A stretch of 63,673 nt of DNA, filler included, from Reticulomyxa filosa (lineage: Eukaryota > Protista > Foraminifera), in NCBI GenBank assembly GCA_000512085.1. It is 14 parts of 14 records of this genome, joined end to end, with 100 filler letters (N's around TTAATTAATTAA, not from the genome) between each part and the next. Parts side by side here need not be neighbours in the genome. Positions count along the whole stretch, not along the records: positions 50,623 to 52,657 come from ASPP01002845.1; positions 52,758 to 54,844 come from ASPP01002009.1; positions 54,945 to 58,715 come from ASPP01025573.1; positions 58,816 to 61,235 come from ASPP01029321.1; positions 61,336 to 62,438 come from ASPP01024945.1; positions 62,539 to 63,673 come from ASPP01000417.1; 8 more parts are not named here. One strand, given 5' to 3'. Positions 51,961 through 63,673 of the stretch are shown piece after piece. The notes below the pieces were generated by a model. That model searched no databases. It was not told the DNA's origin and was given only the letters and a program-made list of their open reading frames with translations. How positions within the stretch are numbered: position 1 is the first letter of the stretch; each line of letters opens with the position of its first letter. Made by a program: the position numbers and the translations under genes.

Positions 51961-52158
51961 CCTCCAAAAAATGAACTGCAACAAAAAAGTTGCCAAAGGG
52001 TAACAAAATGGTTTAAAGTCACCACAATCTCTTTCAAAATACAACTTTTTAAGAAAAACTTAGAACAAATAGATATCGATAACGGAAAAGTCAAGTCGTT
52101 TCAACACAACAAGAATCCTCAAGTCAAATAGTTGGATTTTTGTGAAGTTTTTGGCCTT

Positions 52159-52657
52159 TTTCATCGTCGGTTCTGCATCTTGCGTGTTGTGAAAAGTGGA
52201 AGTGCTTTAAAACTTACAGCGTATATTGACCTCATGGAATTGGTTCAAGCGTCCGATCTAATGGTAAGACAGGCATGTTAACTACACTGCATGGTGACAT
52301 CGGAATTAATCATGTGATTGATATTTCAATTCCAGGCTATCGAATTCCCAAGATTATGGAACGACAAAGCAGCAGAACAAGATGGATGTTGATAAAATAA
52401 CATCTAAAGAAACACAACGAAAAGGAAAACACCAAATGATGGATTAATAAATAAGAAATGAAGGCAAAGCATTATCACTCAACTATGCAAGTTGTTGTGT
52501 CAAATTCAAATTCGCAACACGACGAAAAGAAAGCTGATGAGATTACATTCGAGAACATGTGGAAAAAGAATATGAAAACTCGGCGACAATTTCTTTGCTC
52601 CAACGTTCCAACGATAGTCATGATTCCAATTAAATCCAAAAAACTTCGATCAGGATT
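52159..52657 (+). mobile_element. Second, diverged copy of the same LINE 5' end and ORF1, in opposite orientation
   Basis: ATG at 52275 (MLTTL); EITFENMWKKNMK..CSN matches the minus-strand copy; inverted DNA similarity in the UTR. Confidence 0.8.
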
Positions 52658-54519
52658 NNNNNNNNNNNNNNNNNNNNNNNNNNNNNNNNNNNNNNNNNNN
52701 NTTAATTAATTAANNNNNNNNNNNNNNNNNNNNNNNNNNNNNNNNNNNNNNNNNNNNAAAAAAATATTTATTTCAGGACTGCATATTGCAATTCGTTGAA
52801 TTTTTTCCAATTTTTTTTTATGCGATTCAGCAACTCCATTACATAGTTCGGATGTATATTCTAATTATTGTTTTGTAAAGCAAGTTGTAAGCTTTTAAAC
52901 TAGATTTAATTCCTTTATATGAACACAAGAATGTCAAATATACTATTTTTCTTGAAGTTTTTCCATATACATAATTAACATGTTCTTTGTATATTGACTA
53001 TGGATCCATTATTAATCACAAATATTTGGTTTATTTGTTTTAGGATTTTTGTATCTTAAGACGAAGATATAATGAAAGATAATTTCTTTTATTTTTATTA
53101 CGAAATGTAATGCTTTGTGATTATAATAACAACTTCAATTTTGATGTTCATAATGGAATTACATTAATACTTCGTTGAAGTTAATTATTTATTTCTTTCA
53201 TTTTTGACTTATAAATTGCTGCACATAATGCTACGTCATATGCACACATTCTGCATTGAATTGTGCATGATAAACTGGTAATCGATCGAATTGAATTGAT
53301 CAAACTAATTAACATGATTTAAGTACATATTTGCAATTCGCCATGCCAATTCTACAACATCCTTGCTTATTGTCACTTTTTTGTATTTTGCATGTTCATT
53401 TATGTAGGCTTTCACTTGCAACACTTTTGATGCAGTTCACACCATTCGTGAACACGTGTAAATGCAATTTCAGTCAATGTTTTGGGCGCGTTTGTGCCAA
53501 ACAATCTAATTATATTCAAATGCATAAGTGTATTGGATTTGATGAAAGTAATGTATAACATTCACGTAGTTTAATACACTACTGAAGATTTTATTGTAGT
53601 ATTGATTTGTTGTTCCTTGACTCGTCTGGTTCTAGAAATAGATGGCTCACTGACAAAGTGGCAGCTAGTAAATGGTCATTTGTTTGATGTATTGCGTTTA
53701 GCAAATCTGTTCAACAGTCGACTGTCCTGCAATATTTGGTTCATGTGTTGAAACAAAATTTGGAATTTGTAGAAACGATCGAACAATACAAGAAAATATC
53801 GACCTGTGGGATTTAGTCCATAGCTTGTGTCAGAAGCATTGAGCAACCCAGCAGTAATGTCTGTTTGGTCTTTGCTATAATGGATCAAATAGACTATTGA
53901 TTTTTCAACTGACAATCTAATAATAGTTTGCCATAATCGTAGCGATTTGTGGATCAAATAAGTCATAATTTCTTTGTCACAAATATACACAAGTTCATTT
54001 GAATACAATAGCGACAATTTCATGGATAAAAATAATTACAGAGTCAGCTAATTTGCCATGCTATCATTGGAGGGCGCATTGCAGTTTTAAAATAAACATT
54101 GAATACTATGCGTAGTCTTTACCCTTTTTTACAGTTGTCACATTCGTCAAGCAGTTGCCATGGCGGCGCCACACGAAACAACAACAACACTTGTCGCAAG
54201 ATACTCAACGTCAACACGAGGATACGAGGATAGCCATTCCACAGCAAACGCAGTAATTCAAACAAACTTGGTTTTTGCTGAAAACATGTCCAATGTAGTG
54301 GATGTATTGTGACTGAGACTAGGCTGCTCCTTCGAGTCATACTTTTTATCTTGACAGACTACTAAAATATTGTTACACTAAAGTCTCTTATTTCACATTT
54401 TCTTTAAATAAAGTACTCAAAATTGAAGCGAGTAAGAACTCTTCAGAAAAGTGAACGTAAAACCGTTCTCTCCCAAAAACAAAAAATTATGCCCAAAAAT
54501 TGTACTCTATAATTAGGAA

Positions 54520-54790
54520 AAGAAATTCATTCAATGGACATGAAGATTGAGTTAATTATGCACCAGATGGAAACATGATCGTATCATGTTCAGATGATAA
54601 AATGTTCGATTTATGGGATGTGAACACGTCAATGGAAATAAACAAGTGACAAGAGTTAAATTTTCATCAGATGGAAAAAATTGTATCTTGTTTAAGTGAT
54701 AGAACAATGCGAATATGGGATGCATGATCTGGACAAGACACAAAAATAATAAAAGGACATCTAATGGTAACAAGGGACATAGAATATTTG
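54520..54790 (+). pseudogene. Decayed WD40-repeat gene fragment
   Basis: APDGNMIVSCSDDKMFDLWD and VTRVKFSSDGK..DRTMRIWD, with indels and stops. Confidence 0.75.
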
Positions 54791-56476
54791 CAAACAAATT
54801 GTACAGTAGATTGCAAAAAAAATTGCCATACCTAAATGGTACTANNNNNNNNNNNNNNNNNNNNNNNNNNNNNNNNNNNNNNNNNNNNTTAATTAATTAA
54901 NNNNNNNNNNNNNNNNNNNNNNNNNNNNNNNNNNNNNNNNNNNNACAAATGGGTCCACAACAAACGCGAATGTTCCTTTTTTGATGAGCAGCCCAACATC
55001 AGGTTTTTTTTTGTTTGTTTGTTTTTTTTTGCATTTTTATCGAAACAATATGTATACGTATGTTCCATTGATTGTATCGTTAGGTCCAATTTTATCGCGT
55101 TTCGTTCGTCCAAATCATTCCTTTCGATTCAACAGTTCCTCCTTCTTTATTTATTTATTTATTATTTTTTTTTTTTGAAATGGGGGGGAGAGGAAAAAAA
55201 AAAATGGGGTGGTATAAAGCCAAAGGAAAGAAGGAGACACTATTATTTGTTTTTTTTTTGAATAGTAAGCGCAAGTGGTGATGGTGTTAACGCAATGAAA
55301 GCATTTGCTCGTCAACATGTCAATGCATTGATGCGATGACCAAAAGGCAGTTTGCCTTGTTGTTTTTGTTGACGTTATTATCTTTTTTTTTCCCCGTTAA
55401 TTTTTTGGTGGTGAGGAGGCGATGACTTATATTTATCTTTTTCTCCTCCTCACTTTTTCCATGATGCCAACTGTTCGGTCTTGTTATATGTGTGTTATGA
55501 TACGGTTAATATTTTTTTTTTCCCCCGTTGGTGTTGTTATTGGTTTTTGTATTTGTCTCGTATTATAGCATTAACATTTTTTGTTGTTGTTTGAGATTTT
55601 TTTTGTGCATGCGGTGCTGGTGTTTTTCTTTTGTCCGATTGTGTGAATACCGATTTTTCTTTTTCCTTTGTTTTGTTGGTGCGTGTTTGCCGTCTGCTTA
55701 CACTCTTGTCTTGCTGATTTTTTTTTTTACAATCCGTTCTTTCTACTATTTTAATACGTTGAATTTTTGTGATTGATTCATTTTATATTGTCATGTTGAA
55801 ATTTGTTATGGAGACACTTATCACCTCACTCCCTTCATTGACTTGCTTTTGCGATTTAACAGCTTGATTTGTTTCATTCACTTCATTATGTCTTTCCGAT
55901 AGCAGTTCATTGAACTTCTTAGCGTTTTTTGGGTGATGCAAAACAAAATAACGCGAGTTCTGAATTTTTCTTCTTACTTACTTGTGCACGAATTGAAAAA
56001 TGGAGTATATTTTTTTAAAAAAAAAGAATATGTGGTCACTGCATCAAAAAACAAGTAAAAATACCAATTTACTGTAAACATTTCCGTGGGAATGTGTATG
56101 ATCAAATTTTAAAAAAATTTTCAGATAGTGAGCATAAATTTTTTGAATTTTTCGTGCATTTTTGGCAAAAAGTTCTTATCACTAGAAACAAAAAGAAATT
56201 AAAACTAAAAGATTTAAACTGTTTTATTTTGCACAATCGATTATGTGTTTTTGAGGTTCGCAAAAATACATTTATTGTACAAGCGATTCTGTTCCTCGAC
56301 AGTTATTTTGATAATTTTTTGTATTATCAGCTGCAATTATAATATGGAAACCCTTGTTTGAATCGGTATATGAAATTTGTGATAAAAGAAAAGATTTGTT
56401 TTAAAGATTTACTAGTTAATTTTTTTTTTTTGATAAAATTTGACCAATATACTAAAAAAAAAAAATAAAAATTTGT

Positions 56477-57425
56477 TTATGCAAATTTAGCACAAAGATC
56501 CCATAATTCTTTGTTAGCTTTGGAATTACTTGCTCTGTCATCAGCTTTGCCAACAGCACCGTCTCCACTTCGATTATAATATTTACCACTATCAATTAAT
56601 TTAACTTTGTCACTAGTACTCAAAAAAATAGAAGTGACTGCAGATTGATCAGGTGAATCATATCCCTGTCCAAAACCTAAATTATTTAATACATTTGAAG
56701 CTGTTACACCAGGATGACAGCTATAAAATCCAACTTTATATTTTTCATGAAATAAATCATGTGACATTTTATTTAACATTCGATTGGCACATTTAGTTTG
56801 TTGATAAACATTATTACCATCAAAGGTATTACTTCCATGTTTTCCAGTGGCTATTAAATTTTATAAAAAATATTTTAAAAAATAAATAAATAAATATATT
56901 TTTTTTAATTTTATTTACCTAAAGCTTGTAAATTAGGTGCAACCCCAGAATAATTACTGGCTACATTAACTACTCGTCCAAAATCTTCTTTATCATTAGT
57001 ATAAACTTTTCCTAATAATGGAACCAATCCATTAATTAATCTATAATATGATAATATATTTACTGCAAACATTATTTCTAATTTTTCTTCATCATTATTT
57101 AATTCAATTTTTCCACTATCAACAACAATTGCTGCATTATTAACAAGTACATTTAAAGAATCATATGAACTAGTAAAATTTTTAATAAAAGTATCAATAT
57201 CTTTTTTACTACTTAAATCTACCAAATGTGATTTTAAACTACTTGTTTTGTGACAATGTTTTGATAATGATTCTAATAAACTTTCTGCTTTTTTTTATTT
57301 CTAGCTAAGACATGAAGCTCAACGTTGGCTTTACTACACAGATTACGACAAATTGCACCACCAATTACACCTGTTCCACCAGTTACTATTATACGTTTTA
57401 TTTTTTCTATTGGTTTTTGTGCCAT
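56477..57425 (-). CDS. Short-chain dehydrogenase/reductase (retinol dehydrogenase-like); intron 56851-56918
   Basis: Motifs IIVTGGTGVIG, VLVNNAA, RVVNVAS, catalytic YQQTK (restored by splicing) and CHPGVTAS. One probable homopolymer frameshift at about 57290. Confidence 0.9.
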
Positions 57426-59015
57426 CTTTTTAGCTTTTTTAAGGTAATTCAAAAGTTTTTTTTTTTAATAAATTAAAAAACTATTTATTTTTTATAGATA
57501 ATAAAATTATTGAATATTTTATTTTTATAAATCGTATATCGTGTTATTTATTAATCAATCATTTTATCTCATTATTTCATTCGAGACAATAATTGGAAAG
57601 TGATAAATCCAAAGAATGTTTTTGGAATTTATTAACAATCAGCCTTTTATTCACTTTGGATCTTTTGATCATTGTTCACCACAGACAATATTACCATTTT
57701 TTTTTTGTAGAATGTTGAAATAAAAAAATGACAACTGCAATTTCAGTGTGAATTGAGCAAGTATGTGTTTAAAATTTTTTCCACTAATTCACCATTATAG
57801 TCCTATAATGAACAAAATATTTGATTTGCATATCATGTATTGTTTTGCTATTAATGTAATTAATCCTTGATTCTATTCTTTTCTTTCTTGTGATAATATC
57901 TTATTAAATACAATATATATTTACATTGAATGGCAATAATTGAATTAATGAAAAATATTGAATCAAATTGAAATACAATAATCAAATTTACATGCTCCAA
58001 CGTCAATATTACCAATGACACTAATCGCACATTATCATTTAATTAAAAAGGGCGTGACATTCAACAAATTATCGTTATTGTAATTTATATAAGTATTTTT
58101 CAATAGTTTTTTGCAAGTTGAATTAAGTTTTGTTCAAGAATTTCTAGATAGTGCAAGTGATATAATTTTTTTAATGAAAGAGATTAATTATAAATCAATT
58201 CAAAGTAAATAGTATAAAATTTCTAAGTTGTGAGCAAAGTTCAGAGTTGCCCTTTTTTTGTTGTTCTTGTTGTTTGCTACTTTTTTGTTTTAGCTTGTAC
58301 TGTCAAATTCATTTCTTTATTAATTCTGCAACAAAGAACGTAAAGTTAAATTTGTTTTTTTGTGTTTATCTATTTTTGGTTTTGTTACTTCGGACTTGGG
58401 CCGAAGAACAAGTCAAAAATATTTACTTGTTATATGAATAACATTAAAAAACATTCTTTTTGTTTGATAATAGAATTCACCATTCGATACTTTTTGATGA
58501 TGTTGCTAAACAGTTTCGTTTTCGCACTTTTTCTTTTAACTCCGAAATGCGTTTCTTCATAGTCGGACTATTATGTGTTTTTTAAATGTTTTTTTATTAA
58601 AAAACTTCTTATTTGGAGGGGAGGGGGGAGAAATGCGATGTCGAGTCTTACCTAATTTGGCGGCGTAGCTTAATCTGTAAAGCCCGCCGAATTTATGGTG
58701 ACCTTGGCTGCATTANNNNNNNNNNNNNNNNNNNNNNNNNNNNNNNNNNNNNNNNNNNNTTAATTAATTAANNNNNNNNNNNNNNNNNNNNNNNNNNNNN
58801 NNNNNNNNNNNNNNNGTAGGAAAAAAAAAAAAATGAAATGAAAAAAAAGAAAAAAATGAAAAAGATATAATAATATTTGTAATTTTATTTTAAATTTTTT
58901 TTGTTGAAAATTGTTGTCTCATGCGAGAACAACAACAATAGTTAAGTTTGTTTTTTTTGTTTGTTTGTGTTTATGTATTAAAAAAATTTAATAACATACT
59001 TATAAATTATAGAAT

Positions 59016-61235
59016 TTGCATTGGACTCGCTTGCTGTGTCATTATATCCACTTTATTTGCTGGCGGCAAAGTCTTGAACATATGAATAAATATTTATCAA
59101 TCGTTTGGATGATGCTTCAGTTGACATATATGAATCAAATCTGCTCTCATTTCAAATTACCAATAATATGCTTCCGACAGCTCGATATTCAATATACAAT
59201 CCATTCCTGAAATCGAAGTATGCTATAAAAAAAACACATTCACTAGTGACAATAATCGTACCATTGATAAAAGTGTACCAGAATAGTCTCGTTGAACAAA
59301 GGTGACACTGTTAACTCGAAGAAGCGCTCCATATAATCGATATTTGAATTGTCAAGAATTGAACGTGCCTTCAAGATACACATCGAAGCATGTAGCGCCA
59401 AAGTCCTACGTTTTCAATATAATTATCAAAAGGAACAATGTCGTAATGTGAAGACAAACAAGTTGAAGTGAATTATAACAAAATAGTTACCTTTCTTTTT
59501 TTTCCAATGATCTCCAATTAATGTGTGCTTTTTGTGTATGTACAGAAAATGATATCCTAGCGAATAAGTTAGAGATTACGAATAATTTATTCATAGCATA
59601 GTCGGCAAATAGTACGTATTCCGTTGCTGGTCATGTTTGGCCGAATTGGAGGCATTGAACGTCTTTTCGCATTGACAGATGATATTGGCACTGTCTATTA
59701 GCCACATGACCCTCCACCATCCGATTATAGTGTGCGCAAATTGTCTTCTCTTCAAATCGTAGTTGAAGAACAATTATACACCGGGCATGACTAGTTAATT
59801 TGTGAACACGACTTCAAATGTATTAATGCCACCGTTGTCAAGTCTGGAAATAGGTGCGAGTATATGCGCATTTCATAACGTCCAGAAAATACAAATATCC
59901 GGATCGCACTCGACAATCTTGTAATGGCTTGGCAAATTTTTCTACTGACATATGTCAACAATTACACTGTCGACCTTAAAAGATAACCATTCCACGAGTG
60001 ATCACAGTAGATGATAAATGTAACGTGCTCTATTTGAAGGTATATATTATTTGTATCATATTTTCAGCTGTTGTAATAATGTCTTAATCAAAACAATGTT
60101 AGAGTGGACTTTTTCATTGTAGAATGATGTACTCCAGGTTTGTAATGAAAGCAAGAGAAAGATGGAGAGTCAGAGTGAGAAGAAGAAGAAAAAAAAATTA
60201 TATTAACTTAAGGAAATGAGAAAAGAAAAAAAGATAATCAAAAACGTCGACGAATGTTATTGTTGACATATGAATTATTCCAATAAATATTACAATGATG
60301 ATGATTGGTATAATAAGTGTAAATGTACTGATATAATGATATAATGTGGGCGAAGATAATCAACACAATGCAATCCATAAATGATACTGATATGCATGTT
60401 CACCAAATAGTACGAATGGTTGTGGATGATATTATTGAAACCAAGTGCAAATGACAACGGTATGTTATTTGCTTTCAATCTCACAACCGATTGTCATGCA
60501 ATATCTTCATTCGATGCGCTCCAACTCATCAATGTACAGCATTTGGTCAAATATCGATCATCGACCTGTATATGTATTTGTGATTATGCTCTTTGGTGAT
60601 CCCTCCCCCTGATATCGACACATCAAAGTATTAAAACATTTACAAGATACAATTAGTATGGTCTTCGCGTTGATTTGGCGGAATATTTCCAATCGGAGTA
60701 TGCTGTCGTCCAGTAAGATGGCTTCATTGATTCGGATGCTTTTGGATTGATGTTTGAAAAAAACATTGACCATTCGCATCTTTCTTTCTGGGCAATTTGG
60801 ATGGATTTTTTGTTTGTTGATTTTACAACAATTAGAGTACGATGATTCCATAAGCAGTTGGTATTGAGAAGAAGGTGTACATATATGTTGGAGCAAGTAA
60901 ATCCAATACCAAATTAATTCGATCAAACATCTAGAAGAACCAGCGTTTTTGCGGAAACTGACGGTCTTGTAAGAACTCGTCTCGTCCAACAGCGCGGAAT
61001 GAACCGACAACTGAAAAGAAGAGATAAATTGATCGTTGGAAAGCAGAGCACTTTTACAATATGTGTAATAAAACATTGGTTGTAATGTTGGAAGCTCTTG
61101 CATGTCAAAACAGAAACGGGGTTTCACCAATACTGGAGGTTCAGTCTTTTGCTGAAGAAATATTACAGTGTTAATGAAATAGAAATCGTTCGCAATTTCC
61201 GCACCTGCAACAAAAGACTACGGATGGGCAATATT
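59016..61235 (+). pseudogene. Decayed multi-exon gene, possibly a membrane or surface protein
   Basis: Exon-like composition alternating with intron-like A-runs, but no sustained open frame. Confidence 0.3.
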
Positions 61236-61335
61236 NNNNNNNNNNNNNNNNNNNNNNNNNNNNNNNNNNNNNNNNNNNNTTAATTAATTAANNNNNNNNN
61301 NNNNNNNNNNNNNNNNNNNNNNNNNNNNNNNNNNN

Positions 61336-61373
<38 letters not shown>

Positions 61374-61501
61374 CAAATAACAAAAAAAAATTAAAAAATA
61401 AATAAATATATACATATATGTACATATACATACACACAACACATATATTGAAATGAACAAACGGCAAAGCACTTGTGTGCAATGGGATAAAGTTAATAAG
61501 T

Positions 61502-62375
61502 ATGGAGAGAGTAATGTCAACATGGACAAAGACGGATGGCGAGATGCAGGTGAAGCATCGAATGGATTACGAGCGCTGGTGCGAGACAATGAATGTGAAT
61601 GTGAGTGCGAGCGTGAATAACTTCCAGACCATATCCGGAGACACTCTGATGAACCCCGACATGATCGACCGCTTGTGGACGGACGACGAAGACTTGGAAA
61701 CCAGTCACCACATGTCGTGGCCAGAGGATGTCCAGGACACCCCGCGCTCCACTGTCCTGATCACGCCTGATGCTGGTAGAGGTCAGTGTCACAACAATGA
61801 TCAGGAGGATGGACATGAACATGAACACGAACACGAACATGCGATCACGGGGATACAAGTCGATCCCGTCCATCACAACAATGACACTTGTGAGGAGGAT
61901 CATGCCATTCCATCCCTTCCCGAAATTGGTCTTGTCGAAGATGTATCCTTGTCTTCTTCTTCGGAACAGTCTGATGTTCGTGATCATTGCAATGCGCTTT
62001 CAAAGTTACTTTACAAAAAAAAAAAAAAAAAAAATTACTGTTTGATATGTCTATTGTCAAATATATTGACATTCGACGGAATATAATACAATAACGTACT
62101 CCTTTTTTTTCCCCTCTCTCTCTCATAATAAAACAATCACTTGAATGCCATCCTCAAACACATAGAAAAGACGCATATCTAATGACGTCCAAAGCCAAAC
62201 AGAAGCCGTCGCCGCACATACACAATTATGAACACTGCTTTGAAGTGGACGAGGCCGCCGAGAAATCGTCCCCTCGCAACACACCCCGCACGTTCCAATT
62301 GGATTGGATACTCCTCGTTTTTTATTCCATTCTGGTGGCATTTTTCATTTCTCTTTTTGGATTTTTCGTTGAGTA
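61502..62375 (+). CDS. Internal exons of a hypothetical protein: acidic/His-rich linker followed by a transmembrane segment
   Basis: GC-richer open frames 61502-62004 and 62166-62370; hydrophobic WILLVFYSILVAFFISLFGFFVE. Confidence 0.55.
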
Positions 62376-62719
62376 TATATTATACACATATGCCAACAAC
62401 ATAAAACAATGTAATAATTTGAAAATTGATAATTGATANNNNNNNNNNNNNNNNNNNNNNNNNNNNNNNNNNNNNNNNNNNNTTAATTAATTAANNNNNN
62501 NNNNNNNNNNNNNNNNNNNNNNNNNNNNNNNNNNNNNNTGGTAAGTAAGAGTGCATAAGTATGCATAATGTTGTATTTATTGGTTACTTTGTAAGGTATT
62601 TTAATCTTAGTAATGTATTCCGTGGACTGAGGTGCTTGGTTAAAATGCTTTTTCCCCCTTTTTTTTTCTTTTCGTTTTGGAATTTCAATATTACAACTCT
62701 CTCGACTAAAAAAAAAAAA

Positions 62720-63673
62720 TATCTATAAGTTGCTAATTATGGATTGTCAGAAGATATTGAGATCATTTAATGAAGATAATGCTCCAGAGATATATTGGAT
62801 TAAAGGTCATTCTGATATTCCTGGAAATGATAAAGTGGATTTTGTTGCAAATAATTCTCGCAAGAAAGCTCAGTTTTTTTTTAGATGGTTTGCAGTGGGA
62901 AGTGTTGCTCACTTCATACTCAACTCGCACTGCTTTTTTGCCCTCTACCTGCACAAACTCAGGTCTTTCTAGTTAAAAGAGCACCTCGTTCTAAGAAATA
63001 GAACACAGTACTCAAAAGAAACAAAGGTCCACACAAAGTAATTAAAGAAAGACATTACAGTTAATTGATTTAGATTGAAATTTGTCCTCAAAGACTTGAA
63101 GATTGATTCAAATCTTCTCTTGGTATCGATAACGAACTTCGCTGCTGCCTTGACAACCTTGTTGAATATTGCATTAATCACGAACTTGCAATCAGTCAGG
63201 ATAATCACTCTTCCACAACGGAATCTGTAATGATCACCGACATACTTCAATGCAAGTCTCATTGCTTCAATCTCAGATCCAATATTGGTCGTAATACCAT
63301 TGATTAAATATTCCAATTCCAACCATTTTGGCATACTTGAATCTTGAATTACAAGCCCTGCACGTCCATGGGATATGTGCCTCCATCACAAAATATCACA
63401 ATACAATCATCCAACGATACCAGAATTTGATCTGATGCTGGTTCATTGAAGATTGTAAATGGTGATTTGTTCGATTGTGGCATCATTACAATTTGCATTG
63501 GTGGAGTATTTGGGATTATATGTGAATCAGGTTCAACTATCGGCACTCCAGCCTCAGCTGCACGCGATAATGTCGATAATTTGCCAATCAATGAGATATA
63601 GTTTAGATCTTAATTCATTCTAAATCTTGTATACCAATACAAGATTATGACCATTGAATCGACTGAAAAAATG
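62720..63673. mobile_element. Rearranged LINE RNase H region: N-terminal half on the minus strand, C-terminal half on the plus strand
   Basis: Minus strand: VIFCDGG, SEIEAMRLAL, IILTDCKFVINAI. Plus strand: DCQKIL..IYWIKGHSDIPGNDKVD. Confidence 0.85.

Noticed and set aside
57280-57300. Programmed frameshifting or pseudogenisation in the SDR gene, and similar breaks at about 15785, 8040 and 6235
   Set aside because: Each break lies in or next to an A/T run and most are fixed by one base, typical of homopolymer sequencing error.
10393-62538. Regularly recurring TTAATTAATTAA palindrome flanked by Ns, resembling a repeat array
   Set aside because: It is an artificial concatenation linker. ORFs ending in X..LIN or X..N are artefacts, and neighbourhood across linkers carries no information.

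Overview
This window is not one locus. It is 14 short contigs joined by 13 identical 100-bp artificial linkers (N44-TTAATTAATTAA-N44). Thirteen contigs are AT-rich, intron-containing eukaryotic DNA with long homopolymers and TA/CA microsatellites in the introns. The style and gene families (7TM-RGS, WD40 relics, decayed RNase H-bearing LINEs) suggest a rhizarian, most likely the foraminiferan Reticulomyxa filosa; this is my inference and was not searched. One 1-kb contig (37934-38935) is GC-rich bacterial DNA encoding ABC-transporter genes. Recognisable eukaryotic genes: an AWS-SET-postSET methyltransferase with C2H2 fingers and an RRM, an ankyrin protein, a sulfotransferase, a 7TM-RGS, a GDP-fucose transporter, a secreted Kelch protein, two RING ligases, an NTPCR fragment, an intron-containing Asp/Glu racemase, an S10 carboxypeptidase, a trypsin-like pseudoprotease, a YEATS protein, an ABCG transporter, a tandem-BTB protein, an NSUN fragment, an atypical Hsp70 and an SDR. 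Several decayed non-LTR retrotransposons are also present. The most striking item is invisible in the ORF track. Splicing four GT-AG exons at 39734-40945 gives a protein with an N-myristoylation motif in which a complete globin domain is fused to an RGS-like domain, a candidate haem/O2-gated G-protein regulator. Many apparent frameshifts fall in homopolymers and are probably sequencing errors.
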